Program-made: the position numbers and the translations under genes
Notes under the pieces: generated by a model
Told to the model about the DNA's origin: nothing
The model's input: the letters and a program-made list of their open reading frames with translations, nothing else
Database searches by the model: none
Part shown: positions 8,613 through 17,632 of the stretch, in pieces
Layout of the letters: every line of letters begins with the position of its first letter
Position numbering within the stretch: position 1 is the first letter of the stretch
DNA from: Christensenellales bacterium
Lineage (GTDB): Bacteria > Bacillota > Clostridia > Christensenellales > CALWSW01
Length of the DNA stretch: 60,671 nucleotides
Direction: 5' to 3'
Assembly (NCBI GenBank): GCA_050945915.1
Contig: JBMNTV010000003.1
Location: 1-60,671, forward strand

Positions 8613-11018
8613 TCAGGAGCGGAGTTTGGCGCCCAGGGATTCGGAAAGCGCTTCAAGGATCCGGTTTGTGGCCTCGGCGACTTCGTCGTCCGTCAGCGTG
8701 CGCTCCGCCGCCCTGAACCGCAGGGAATAGGCCATGCTCTTTTTGCCCGATTCGATGTGAGCGCCCTGGTAAACGTCGAACAGGTCCGCGGCTTCCAGCA
8801 GTTCTCCGCCCGCTTTGGCGATCACGTCTTTGACCTGCTTTGCGGCGCAATCCTCGGAAAGCACGATGGCGATGTCACGTTCCACAGCGGGGAACTTGGG
8901 GAGGGGTTTGTACTTCTTCTGTTCCGTAGCGGCGGAAAAGAGCACATCCAGCTCCAACTCGGCCATATAGACCCGCCCGGAGATCTCGAAGGCAGCCGCG
9001 CAGTCCGGATGCACCTCTCCCAGCTGGCCGGCGTACGTTCCGTCGACGGCGAGTATCGCCTTCCTTCCAGGGTGGTAATACGCTTCGCCGCCAGCCGAGA
9101 AGTCCATTTTGGATTCCTCGATGCCCAGGGTGGCACACAGGGACTCCACCACGCCTTTTAAGGTGAAGAAATCCTCTCCTTCGCCGTGGAGGATGATGCA
9201 GACGTTCTGCCGTTCCTCCGGCAGGTCGTTTGCCGCTTTTGCGGGGGAATAGAGGTTGCTGATCTCATAAATCCTGAAATCCCCTGCTTTTTTGTTGATG
9301 TTCAGTGCGGCCACGGGCAGCAGCGAAACCGCGATGGTGGTGCGCATCAAGGCATTGTCCTCCCCGAAGGGGTTGAGGATGCGCACGCTGTTCCGCAAAG
9401 CTGAATCAGCGGAGAGCAGCAGTTTGTCATACGCCGACTGGCCGGTGAAGGAATAGGTATTGCATTCGAAAGCGCCCATGCCGCAAAGGGCATCCCGGAC
9501 GGTTTCCATCTGCTTTTGTGCCTTGGTCAGCCTGCCCCGGGAAAGGTCGCCCTGCATGAAGGTCAGGGGAATCTCGTCAAACCCGACGATTCTCGCGATT
9601 TCTTCGGAAATATCCGCTTCGCCCTCGATATCGTCCCTGAAATGCGGGATCTCGATCTGCAAAAGGCCGTCTTTCAGGGTGGTGGGGATGCAAAGGCCGT
9701 TCAGGATTTCCGCCATGCGTTCGGCGGGAACATCTAGCGCCACCAGAGCGTTGACGCGTTCCGGCCGGGCGGTGATCCTGCGGCGGGTCAGATCGCCTCC
9801 CACCACATCGATGACCCCTTCGTCCACCTTGCCTGCGCCCAAAAGCTCCACGAGCTGGCAGGCGCGCTCTAGGGCGTACGCGGCGCCCTCGATATCCACG
9901 CCCTTGACAAATCTCTGGGAGGCCTCGGTCATCATGCCCAGCTTTTTGGCGGTCAGCCGGATGCTGTATCCCTTGAACTTTGCGGACTCAAACAGGACGG
10001 TCTTGGTATGTTCGGTGATTTCTGAGTTCATGCCCCCCATGACGCCTGCGACGCCCACGGGTTTTTGCGCGTCGCAGATGCAAAGCATCTCTTCGTCCAG
10101 ATCCCGCTCTTTGCCGTCCAGGGTTTCCAGTTTTTCGCCTTTTTTGGCGCGGCGCACGACGATGTGGTTGTCCGCAACGCAGGCAAGATCAAAGGCGTGC
10201 ATGGGCTGGCCGGTTTCCAGCATCACGTAATTCGTGATGTCAACAATGTTGTTGATGGAACGCACACCTGCGGCGCGCAGGGCATCCCGCATCCACGCAG
10301 GAGACGGTTCGATGACAATATCCCGCACGGTCCGCGCCATATAGCGGGGGCAAAGCTCCGTATCCTCCACTTCTACTTTGACAAAGTCGTGGATATTCCT
10401 GCCACCTTCGGCTTTGACATGAGCATTTGGCAGAACCAGCGGGCGACCCAGGGCAAAGGCGACCTCCCTGGCGACGCCGATGATGGACTGCAGATCCGGC
10501 CTGTTGGGGGTGGGTTCCGCCTCCAGCACGGTGTCGTTCAGGCCGAGCACCTCCCGGATGTCTGTCCCGACGGCCCATTCATCCTTCAAAATCAGAATGC
10601 CGTTCTCCCCCGCTCCCGGGTAATCGTCTTCCGTCAGGCACAATTCTTCGCCGGAGCAGAGCATCCCCTCGGAAACGACGCCCCGCAGTTTACCCTTTTT
10701 GATGTGAAGCCCGTTGGGCAGTTTGGAACCGTGCAGCGCGACGGGCACAAGGTCCCCTGCGCTTATGTTATGCGCGCCGGTCACGATCTGGATGGGCTCG
10801 GCTTTGCCCACGTCCACCATGCAGATCAGCAGGTGGTCGGAATTCTCGTGTTTTTCGATGGTCGTGATCCTGCCCACCACGACGTTTTGAATATTTGCGC
10901 CCAGTTCTTCCACGCCGGCGATTTCCAGCCCACGGGCGGTCAGAAGCCCGGCAATCTCAACGGCGGTGGCGCCGGTGGTATCCACATACTGCGAAAGCCA
11001 TTTCATTGGCACTCTCAT
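8613..11018 (-). CDS. pheT: Phenylalanine--tRNA ligase beta subunit
   Basis: 801 aa. The N-terminus MRVPMKWLSQYVD is typical of PheT. The domain succession looks like OB/tRNA-binding, B3/4, B5 and FDX-ACB. A G-rich SD sits 8 nt upstream. It lies directly downstream of pheS. Confidence 0.97.
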   Translation of the reverse strand: MRVPMKWLSQYVDTTGATAVEIAGLLTARGLEIAGVEELGANIQNVVVGRITTIEKHENSDHLLICMVDVGKAEPIQIVTGAHNISAGDLVPVALHGSKLPNGLHIKKGKLRGVVSEGMLCSGEELCLTEDDYPGAGENGILILKDEWAVGTDIREVLGLNDTVLEAEPTPNRPDLQSIIGVAREVAFALGRPLVLPNAHVKAEGGRNIHDFVKVEVEDTELCPRYMARTVRDIVIEPSPAWMRDALRAAGVRSINNIVDITNYVMLETGQPMHAFDLACVADNHIVVRRAKKGEKLETLDGKERDLDEEMLCICDAQKPVGVAGVMGGMNSEITEHTKTVLFESAKFKGYSIRLTAKKLGMMTEASQRFVKGVDIEGAAYALERACQLVELLGAGKVDEGVIDVVGGDLTRRRITARPERVNALVALDVPAERMAEILNGLCIPTTLKDGLLQIEIPHFRDDIEGEADISEEIARIVGFDEIPLTFMQGDLSRGRLTKAQKQMETVRDALCGMGAFECNTYSFTGQSAYDKLLLSADSALRNSVRILNPFGEDNALMRTTIAVSLLPVAALNINKKAGDFRIYEISNLYSPAKAANDLPEERQNVCIILHGEGEDFFTLKGVVESLCATLGIEESKMDFSAGGEAYYHPGRKAILAVDGTYAGQLGEVHPDCAAAFEISGRVYMAELELDVLFSAATEQKKYKPLPKFPAVERDIAIVLSEDCAAKQVKDVIAKAGGELLEAADLFDVYQGAHIESGKKSMAYSLRFRAAERTLTDDEVAEATNRILEALSESLGAKLRS

Positions 11019-11037
11019 GTTTATTTTCCCCCTTTAA

Positions 11038-12072
11038 TCAGAACTGCGAAAGGAAGCGCAGGTCGTTCTCGTAATGCATGCGGATGTCCGAAATGCCGAA
11101 CTTGGCATTGGCGACGCGCTCGATGCCGATGCCGAAGGCAAATCCGGTGTACACTTCCGGGTCGATGCCGCACATGCGCAGCACGTTCGGGTTGACCATG
11201 CCGCTGCCCAGAATCTCAATCCAGCCGGTTCCCTTGCACACGCGGCATCCGCTGCCGCTGCACATATGGCAGGTGATGTCCACCTCCGCGGAAGGCTCCG
11301 TGAAGGGGAAATAGCTCGGGCGAAGGCGGGTTTTCGTGTGTTCGCCATAAAGCTCCTTGGCGAAAACCTCCAGTACCCCGCGCAAATCCGCCATGGTGAC
11401 GCCCTTGTCCACCACCAGCCCTTCGATCTGATGGAACACCGGGGAATGGGTGGCGTCCACGTCGTCCGAACGGTACACGCGCCCGGGGCAGACCACCCGG
11501 ATGGGCGGCTTTTTGTTCAGCATCGTTCGCACCTGCACCGGCGAGGTATGCGTCCTCAGCACGATGGAATCGCCGATGTAAAACGTGTCCTGCATATCCC
11601 TGGCGGGGTGCTCGGCGGGGATGTTCAGCATCTCGAAATTGTACTTGTCGTACTCGATTTCCGGGCCTTCGGCGACCTCGAATCCCATGCCCACGAAGAT
11701 GTCCCGGATCTGGCGCATGGTCTGGGTGAGGGGATGCAGTTTGCCGCGCTTTTGGACCTTTGCGGGCATGGTGACATCCAACGCCTCCGCGGCCAGTCGG
11801 GCGGCTTTTTCCGCTTCATTGCTCATTTGCAGCCTGCGCTCAATCTCCTGTTCGATGCGCTGCCGCGCGTCGTTCACCATCTGACCGACGGTTGGCCTGT
11901 CTTCGGCGCGCAACTTGCCCATGGACCGCAATAGCCCGGTCAATTCGCCCTTTTTGCCCAAAAAACGCACGCGAAGCTCGTTGAGCTGCTCAGTGCCTTC
12001 TGCAGAGGAAGCCGCATCGAGGGCGCTCTGCTCGATTTGTTCTAACTCTTTCTTGATTTCGTTGATGTCCAT
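11038..12072 (-). CDS. pheS: Phenylalanine--tRNA ligase alpha subunit
   Basis: ATG at 12072 is preceded by AGGAG 6 nt upstream (the track ORF starts 8 codons earlier). Class II synthetase motifs are present (RPSYFPFTEPS, GSGMVNPNV, GFAFGIGIERV). Confidence 0.97.
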   Translation of the reverse strand: MDINEIKKELEQIEQSALDAASSAEGTEQLNELRVRFLGKKGELTGLLRSMGKLRAEDRPTVGQMVNDARQRIEQEIERRLQMSNEAEKAARLAAEALDVTMPAKVQKRGKLHPLTQTMRQIRDIFVGMGFEVAEGPEIEYDKYNFEMLNIPAEHPARDMQDTFYIGDSIVLRTHTSPVQVRTMLNKKPPIRVVCPGRVYRSDDVDATHSPVFHQIEGLVVDKGVTMADLRGVLEVFAKELYGEHTKTRLRPSYFPFTEPSAEVDITCHMCSGSGCRVCKGTGWIEILGSGMVNPNVLRMCGIDPEVYTGFAFGIGIERVANAKFGISDIRMHYENDLRFLSQF

Positions 12073-12105
12073 GTTGCAACTCCTTGAATAATACATTCTG
12101 GAAAT

Positions 12106-12364
12106 TAAAAAAACAGCGTGTCCGACAGGACGAAACGCTGTTCCGTGGTACCACCCGCATTCGCCGCACGATGACGGCCTTTGCCCCGCTTTATCGGGCG
12201 GGTCCCGGCTCCCCTACACGGCCGCTCCAGCGGCTTTCAGTTCGCACGCTCGGGAGGGAACTTCGGCGATCCGCACCGCAAAGCGGCTTCCAGCCTTTGG
12301 CCGCTTCTCTCTTTTCGGTGACGATGAACGCGTACTTTTCTCCGTCATCGCGGTTCATTCAGTT
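12106..12364 (-). promoter_or_regulatory. T-box riboswitch leader (tRNA-Phe expected) controlling pheST
   Basis: The minus-strand RNA contains an AGAGAG box plus a distal hairpin (AAGCGGC...GCCGCUU). It contains a UUC triplet in GAAGUUCC (12258-12260). The T-box motif GGGUGGUACCACG lies at 12144-12156. This runs straight into a terminator hairpin ACAGCGUUUCGUCCUGUCGGACACGCUGU plus a U7 run (12106-12143). Confidence 0.85.
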
Positions 12365-12370
12365 ATGCGA

Positions 12371-12399
12371 AGTATACCACATTGGACTCCCGTTCGCAA
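12371..12399 (-). promoter_or_regulatory. Sigma-A-type promoter of the T-box-pheST unit
   Basis: On the minus strand: TTGCGA (12399-12394), a 17-nt spacer, then TGgTATACT (extended -10, 12376-12371). Confidence 0.6.
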
Positions 12400-12600
12400 G
12401 AGCCGGCTTCCTATTATCATGGGCGTTCACAGGCTTTGCATACATCATTTTTACTTTTTCGTCAAAATCTCGCAAAATTAAAAATTACAGGCCAAATGAT
12501 CGCGTTTATAGCCCGGAACCGTAACATATTTTTCCCCGTTGAGTATTATGAAATCAGCCGTAAAGCGTCGCTTTCGGACTTCGTATTATGGAGGTCACAC

Positions 12601-12852
12601 ATGAACTGCTTCGGAGATTGCAGCTCCCTCATCATCCTGCTGCTGCTGCTCAGTTGCTTCGGTTGCTGCGGAAACAATTGCGGTAACGTCGGCGGCATCG
12701 GTGGCTGCAACAACAACGGCATCTTCGGTGACAACAACTGCAGTTGCCAGCTCTTGATTATCCTGCTGCTCTTCTGCGGCGGGTTTGGCAACTTCGGTTG
12801 TGGCAACGTCCTCGGCACCGGTTGCGGTTGCAAGCCTAACCCCTGCTGCTAA
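12601..12852 (+). CDS. Small Cys/Gly/Leu-rich protein (83 aa) with an internal duplication
   Basis: ATG 12601 lies 6 nt after GGAGG (the track ORF 12382-12852 carries an unlikely N-terminal extension over the pheS promoter). By my count it has 15 Cys and 18 Gly in 83 residues. There are two similar halves, each a Leu/Ile run followed by a C/G-rich tail. A strong terminator follows. Confidence 0.6.
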   Translation: MNCFGDCSSLIILLLLLSCFGCCGNNCGNVGGIGGCNNNGIFGDNNCSCQLLIILLLFCGGFGNFGCGNVLGTGCGCKPNPCC

Positions 12853-12859
12853 ACGATTC

Positions 12860-12897
12860 GAACGGGCCGCTCTTCCTCGCGGCCCGTTCTCTTTTCC
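12860..12897 (+). terminator. Rho-independent terminator (probably serves both convergent genes)
   Basis: Stem GAACGGGCCGC (12860-12870) pairs with GCGGCCCGTTC (12879-12889), followed by TCTTTTCC. Confidence 0.8.
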
Positions 12898-12901
12898 ACA
12901 T

Positions 12902-13525
12902 TCAATCGTCCCCGATGCTTTTGTCGATGGAAAAGGATTGCTTCTCCTTATCATATACTACCACCACAGAACCCGCGGGCAGATAGTCGATGCGTATCCG
13001 CACCTTGTCCGCCGCTTCGTCCTGCTGCTCTTCTTCGTGTTCTTCGAAAGCGGACATGGCGTCGTTGGTCTGTTCGGTAATGTCCGTAAACCTCCATGCT
13101 AAAAGGGGTGCTGCATCCGAATACAGGCCCTTGAACTTGTCCACCGCCAGGGCCATGGCGTTACCCACCCCGGTTTCTTCAAAAAAGCACTGGATGGGAG
13201 CGACCGCGGACTTGATCAAAAACGAACCGATGAGCAGGATCGCGATGATCAGACAGGCAAAAAAACGGATCTGGTGAAAGATGAACTTCAACAGAAACTT
13301 GAGTACCCACGCGAGCAATACGCAGGCAAAAAAAGCCATGATTATGAAGATTGCATAAACCAGGATCGTCCTGTATGGTTCCGGCAGCGCTGTAAGGAAA
13401 GCGAGCTCCTGAATCTCCAGAATCCCTGTGTTGCCTATCAGTTCGGACAAGCCCTTCACCCCTTTCGTTTTTGGGATTATACCACGAAACGGGATGTTTG
13501 TTCCTTTTCTGCTCATCGAATTCAA
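12902..13525 (-). CDS. Hypothetical membrane protein
   Basis: 207-aa track ORF. It has two or three hydrophobic helices (ILVYAIFIIMAFFACVLLAWVL, FFACLIIAILLIGSFLI) and an acidic C-terminal part. No convincing SD is present (first ATG at 13516). I recognise no family. Confidence 0.45.
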   Translation of the reverse strand: MNSMSRKGTNIPFRGIIPKTKGVKGLSELIGNTGILEIQELAFLTALPEPYRTILVYAIFIIMAFFACVLLAWVLKFLLKFIFHQIRFFACLIIAILLIGSFLIKSAVAPIQCFFEETGVGNAMALAVDKFKGLYSDAAPLLAWRFTDITEQTNDAMSAFEEHEEEQQDEAADKVRIRIDYLPAGSVVVVYDKEKQSFSIDKSIGDD

Positions 13526-13531
13526 AAAAAC

Positions 13532-13560
13532 TTGACAATCGGCGATTGAAGGTGTATCCT
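13532..13560 (+). promoter_or_regulatory. Sigma-A-type promoter of ylxM-ffh
   Basis: TTGACA (13532-13537), a 17-nt spacer, then TATCCT (13555-13560). Confidence 0.6.
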
Positions 13561-13608
13561 TGCTTAGGTGTAAAGGGGAATGCCTTTACAGCGAAGGGGG
13601 TAAGGACT

Positions 13609-13950
13609 ATGCAAAAAGACCCTCATACCCATACCTCCCTGCTGCTGGATTTTTACGGACCGTTTTTGACGGACAGGCAGCGGGAGTACATGGACCTTTA
13701 CCTGAATTCGGATTATTCGCTGGGCGAGATTGCCGAGCATTACGGCGTCAGCCGCCAGGCCGTACGGGACAGCCTTGTCCGCGCCCAGGCCCAGCTTGCG
13801 GACGTCGATGCAAAGCTGGGGCTGATGAAGCGGTTCTATGTTCAGAAGGCTCTTTTGAACGAGATACTCAACTCTGCGGACGATCCGGTCAAGGTGCGGA
13901 ACTACGTCGAGCAAATCAACGCTTTATGGGAGGACGACCATGGCTTTTGA
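13609..13950 (+). CDS. ylxM: YlxM/UPF0122 putative DNA-binding protein (SRP-operon associated)
   Basis: ATG 13609 follows a G-rich SD. The 113-aa product contains LLLDFYGPFLTDRQREYMDLYLNSDYSLGEIAEHYGVSRQAVRDSL. Its conserved position is immediately upstream of, and overlapping, ffh. Confidence 0.85.
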   Translation: MQKDPHTHTSLLLDFYGPFLTDRQREYMDLYLNSDYSLGEIAEHYGVSRQAVRDSLVRAQAQLADVDAKLGLMKRFYVQKALLNEILNSADDPVKVRNYVEQINALWEDDHGF

Positions 13951-15265
13951 AGGCCTTTCCGAAAAACTTCAAGGCGTTTTTAAAAAACTGACCGGCCGCG
14001 GGAAGCTGAACGAAAAAGACATTAAAGAAGCCATGCGGGAGGTCCGGCTCGCCCTTTTGGAGGCCGACGTCAACTTTCTGGTGGTCAAGTCCTTCATCAA
14101 GTCCGTCTCTGACCGTTGCGTGGGGGCGGAGGTGCTGGAATCCCTGACCCCCGGCCAGCAGGTCATCAAAATCGTCAGCGAGGAGTTGACCGCCCTGATG
14201 GGCGGCGGCCAGAGCAAGCTGAACTTCGCGCCGAAACCGCCGACGATCATCATGCTCGTGGGCCTGCAGGGCGCGGGAAAGACCACGATGTGCGGCAAGC
14301 TCGGCGCCCATCTCAAAAAGCAATACGGCCGATCCCCCCTGCTCGTGGGGTGCGACATTTACCGCCCCGCCGCCATTAAGCAGCTGCAGGTGGTGGGCGA
14401 AAAGCTGGACCTGCCCGTTTTCGAACGCGGACAGTCCGACCCTGTGGAAACCGCCCTTCTTTCCATCCAAGAGGCGGAGCGCAAAGCCTGCGATCTCATC
14501 ATCGTGGACACCGCGGGAAGGCTGCACATTGACGAGGAAATGATGGACGAACTCGTCCGTTTGAAAGAAGCCATACTCCCCACAGAGATCCTGCTCACCG
14601 TGGACGCCATGACCGGTCAGGACGCCGTCAACGTCGCCAAAACCTTTGACGAGATGTTGGACATCACCGGCGTGATCCTCACCAAGCTGGACGGCGACAC
14701 CAGGGGCGGCGCGGCCCTTTCCGTCCGTTCCGTCACCGGCAAGCCCATCAAATTTACGGGCATCGGCGAAAAGCTGACGGATATTGAGCCCTTTTACCCG
14801 GACCGGATGGCTTCCCGCATTCTGGGCATGGGGGACGTGCTCTCCCTGATCGAAAAGGCCCAGGCCAGTTTCGACGAAAAGCAGGCCGCGGACCTTGCCA
14901 AAAAGATGGTCCAGAACCGCTTCACGCTGGACGATTTTTTGAGCCAGATGCAGCAGATGAAGAACATGGGCTCCATGCAGGATCTGCTTTCCATGATACC
15001 CGGCGGGAACAAACTCGCCAACGTCCAATTTGACGAAAAGGCCCTTGCCCGGACCGAGGCGATCATCCTCTCCATGACCAAGGAAGAGCGTGAAAATCCG
15101 GACATCATCAACGGCAGCCGCAGGAAGCGCATCGCCAAGGGCTGCGGCATGCAGATTCAGGACGTCAACCGCCTTTTGAACCAGTTTGACCAAACCAAAA
15201 AGTTGATGAAGCAGTTTTCCGGCTTTGGGAAAAAGGGCAAAAAAGGCTTCAGACTCCCCTTTTAA
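13940..15265 (+). CDS. ffh: Signal recognition particle protein Ffh
   Basis: 441 aa. It begins [17 protein letters not shown], has the NG-domain GTPase motifs ([19 protein letters not shown]) and a Met-rich M domain. Confidence 0.97.
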   Translation: MAFEGLSEKLQGVFKKLTGRGKLNEKDIKEAMREVRLALLEADVNFLVVKSFIKSVSDRCVGAEVLESLTPGQQVIKIVSEELTALMGGGQSKLNFAPKPPTIIMLVGLQGAGKTTMCGKLGAHLKKQYGRSPLLVGCDIYRPAAIKQLQVVGEKLDLPVFERGQSDPVETALLSIQEAERKACDLIIVDTAGRLHIDEEMMDELVRLKEAILPTEILLTVDAMTGQDAVNVAKTFDEMLDITGVILTKLDGDTRGGAALSVRSVTGKPIKFTGIGEKLTDIEPFYPDRMASRILGMGDVLSLIEKAQASFDEKQAADLAKKMVQNRFTLDDFLSQMQQMKNMGSMQDLLSMIPGGNKLANVQFDEKALARTEAIILSMTKEERENPDIINGSRRKRIAKGCGMQIQDVNRLLNQFDQTKKLMKQFSGFGKKGKKGFRLPF

Positions 15266-15333
15266 CGCTTGTGACGGCATCGCCGACACGATATATTCAT
15301 TCGATACTCGATCAATCAGGAGGAATACTCACC

Positions 15334-15582
15334 ATGGCCGTTAAGATCAGGCTGCGCCGCATGGGCGCAAAGAAAGCACCCTTTTATCGCATCGTCGTCG
15401 CGGATTCCCGCTTCCCCAGGGATGGCCGCTGCATCGAGGAGATCGGTTATTACAATCCCCTGACCGATCCCGCCACCGTCAAGGTGGATGTTGAGCGTGC
15501 CAAGGAATGGATGAAGAAGGGCGCGCAGCCTTCCGATACCGTCCGCGCTCTGCTCAAGCAAAACGGCGCATTCGAGGACTAA
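15334..15582 (+). CDS. rpsP: 30S ribosomal protein S16
   Basis: ATG 15334 follows AGGAGG. The product starts [26 protein letters not shown]. Confidence 0.95.
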   Translation: MAVKIRLRRMGAKKAPFYRIVVADSRFPRDGRCIEEIGYYNPLTDPATVKVDVERAKEWMKKGAQPSDTVRALLKQNGAFED

Positions 15583-15621
15583 CCCACAATGAGCGCCGAA
15601 CCTACGAAAGGGGGCGTTTCC

Positions 15622-15849
15622 ATGGAGGAACTGGTTCGTTTCATCGCCATGCACTTGGTGGACAAGCCAGACGAGATCAAGATCACCTCACGGCAAGGCG
15701 AACGCAGCATCATCCTTGAGCTTTCCGTCGCCCCGGAGGATATGGGCAAGGTCATCGGCAAGCAGGGCCGCATCGCCAAGGCAATCCGGCGGGTGCTGAA
15801 GGCTGCTTCCGCCAAGCAGGAACAGAATTACGTGCTGGAGATCATATGA
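15622..15849 (+). CDS. khpA: KH-domain RNA-binding protein (YlqC/KhpA type)
   Basis: ATG 15622 follows GGGGG. The product is 75 aa with the GxxG KH motif region MGKVIGKQGRIAKAIR. It holds the conserved slot between rpsP and rimM. Confidence 0.85.
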   Translation: MEELVRFIAMHLVDKPDEIKITSRQGERSIILELSVAPEDMGKVIGKQGRIAKAIRRVLKAASAKQEQNYVLEII

Positions 15850-16373
15850 CCAAGTACCTTCGAATCGGGCTCGTACTAAAGCCCCAGGGAATCAAGGGCG
15901 AACTGAAGGTTCTGCCCTTGACCGATGACCCCCGCCGCTTCACACAGCTCAAGGAGATCTATCTTGAAGGCGCAAAGGGCGGCTATGAAAAGCGCGCCCT
16001 TTTGTCCGCCAACGTCCGGGAGGACGCGGTTTACTGCGCAATTTCCGGGGTGGAGGACAGAAACGCCGCAGAAACCCTGCGAAACCGCTATCTTTGCGTA
16101 GACCGGGAGAACGCCGTCAAGCTCTCAAAGGACCGCTATTTTGTTTGCGATATCATCGGGTGCAGCGTTTGGGATTCTTCGGGAAATCCTTTGGGGATTT
16201 TGGAAGAGGTCCTTCAAACCGGCGCGAATGATGTTTATGCCATCCGGCAAGAAAACGGGAAGAGCGTTCTCGTTCCCGCCCTCAAAAAGCTTTTAGTCCT
16301 TGTGGATATTGACGAAAAGCGGATCGTGCTGGATGCAGAGGTTATGAAAGAGGTCGCCTTGTATGAGGATTGA
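15846..16373 (+). CDS. rimM: 16S rRNA processing protein RimM
   Basis: 175 aa. The start LRIGLVLKPQGIKGELKV is a typical RimM N-terminus, with a PRC-barrel C-terminus. It overlaps both neighbours. Confidence 0.93.
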   Translation: MTKYLRIGLVLKPQGIKGELKVLPLTDDPRRFTQLKEIYLEGAKGGYEKRALLSANVREDAVYCAISGVEDRNAAETLRNRYLCVDRENAVKLSKDRYFVCDIIGCSVWDSSGNPLGILEEVLQTGANDVYAIRQENGKSVLVPALKKLLVLVDIDEKRIVLDAEVMKEVALYED

Positions 16374-17100
16374 CATACTCACCCTGTTTCCGGAGATGTT
16401 CCCCCCGGTTTTAGGTTCCAGCATCCTCGGTCGGGCCCAAAGCGCTGGGGTACTTTCCTTTGGGCTGCACAACATCCGGGATTACGCAAACAACAAGCAT
16501 CGTCAGACGGACGACGCGCCTTTTGGCGGCGGCAACGGGATGGTCATGTCCCCCCAGCCGGTCTTTGACTGTATGGAGGCCGTGATCGGCGGCAAGCAGC
16601 CAAAGCCCAAGACCATTTACCTCTCCCCCCGGGGCAAAGTCCTGACCACAGAGCTTGCGCGAAGCCTTTCCGCAGAAGAACACCTCGTTCTGCTTTGCGG
16701 GCATTACGAGGGGATCGACGAGCGTATCCTCACCCTGATCGACGAGGAAGTTTCCATCGGCGACTATGTGTTGACCGGCGGCGAACTGCCGGCGATGGTG
16801 CTGATTGACTGCATCGCCCGCTTTATTCCCGGCGTTTTGGGTTGCATCGGCTCCGCCGAGGAGGAATCCTTCAACGACGGACTGCTGGAATACCCGCATT
16901 ACACCCGTCCTGCAGATTTCCGCGGGATGACGGTTCCGGAAGTTCTGCTGTCCGGGCACCACAAAAAAATCCAGGAATGGCGGCGCTTGCAGTCCCTTTT
17001 GATCACCAGGGAACGCCGTCCTGATCTGTTTGAACGCGCTGAGCTTTCCAGGGAGGATCTTCGTCTGCTGGCCCAACACGACCAGGAGCAGAAAAAGTAG
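16363..17100 (+). CDS. trmD: tRNA (guanine37-N1)-methyltransferase TrmD
   Basis: 245 aa. It starts MRIDILTLFPEMF and contains GHYEGIDERI and LTGGELPAMVLID. Confidence 0.95.
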   Translation: MRIDILTLFPEMFPPVLGSSILGRAQSAGVLSFGLHNIRDYANNKHRQTDDAPFGGGNGMVMSPQPVFDCMEAVIGGKQPKPKTIYLSPRGKVLTTELARSLSAEEHLVLLCGHYEGIDERILTLIDEEVSIGDYVLTGGELPAMVLIDCIARFIPGVLGCIGSAEEESFNDGLLEYPHYTRPADFRGMTVPEVLLSGHHKKIQEWRRLQSLLITRERRPDLFERAELSREDLRLLAQHDQEQKK

Positions 17101-17130
17101 CCTCAATTCAGTTTTTTAGCCAAGTTTGTC

Positions 17131-17237
17131 TTGCATCGGTTTGCCCATAATGGTATAATCGCAATCGTGATTACGGACGGTCCTCTGCTCGCCAAAATTC
17201 GAGTCATGAACGTCTATGAGGAAAGGAGGAACCACAC
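17131..17237 (+). promoter_or_regulatory. rplS promoter plus structured 5' leader (possible L19 autoregulatory leader)
   Basis: TTGCAT (17131-17136), a 17-nt spacer, then TGgTATAAT (17154-17159). The ~75-nt leader can form GACG/CGTC and CTCG/CGAG helices just before the SD. The L19-leader identity is a guess. Confidence 0.4.
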
Positions 17238-17588
17238 ATGTCCAACCTTATTCAGGCTCTTGAAAAGGAGCAGCTCCGTTCCGATCTGCCCAAACTCGAA
17301 GTTGGCGATACCGTTCGTGTTTTCGTCAAGGTCGTTGAAGGCAGCCGCGAAAGGCTTCAGGCTTTCGAGGGAACCGTGATTAAGATCCAGGGTGGCGGCA
17401 TCCGTCAGAACTTTACCGTTCGCCGCATTTCCTATGGCATCGGTGTCGAAAGGACCTTCCCCCTGCACAGCCCCCGCATCGGCAGCATCGAGGTTATTCG
17501 TCACGGCAAGGTTCGCAGGGCAAAGCTTTATTATCTGCGCGACCGCGTCGGTAAGGCTGCAAAGGTTCGCGAGCGCATCGGCAGGTAA
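17238..17588 (+). CDS. rplS: 50S ribosomal protein L19
   Basis: 116 aa, starting [28 protein letters not shown]. Confidence 0.97.
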   Translation: MSNLIQALEKEQLRSDLPKLEVGDTVRVFVKVVEGSRERLQAFEGTVIKIQGGGIRQNFTVRRISYGIGVERTFPLHSPRIGSIEVIRHGKVRRAKLYYLRDRVGKAAKVRERIGR

Positions 17589-17604
17589 GTCTTTGCAAAA
17601 AAAT

Positions 17605-17632
17605 GGGACGATTCTGATCGTCCTGTTTTTTA
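17605..17632 (+). terminator. Rho-independent terminator of rplS
   Basis: GGACGAT-tctg-ATCGTCC followed by TGTTTTTT. Confidence 0.85.

Noticed and set aside
10065-11195. 376-aa plus-strand ORF spanning the pheT/pheS junction
   Set aside because: It is antisense to two strongly recognisable synthetase genes. It is Arg/Gly/His/Pro-rich with no SD. It is a shadow ORF.
12382-12600. N-terminal extension of the Cys-rich ORF (track start 12382)
   Set aside because: The extension runs across the pheS T-box promoter and has no SD. ATG 12601 has a GGAGG at ideal spacing.
13916-15289. 457-aa minus-strand ORF, the longest unexplained ORF in the track
   Set aside because: It is exactly antisense to ffh, whose product carries unmistakable SRP54 motifs. 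The antisense product is low-complexity (Gly/Leu/His/Asp/Val-rich) with no start signals. It is a typical shadow ORF of a GC3-rich gene.
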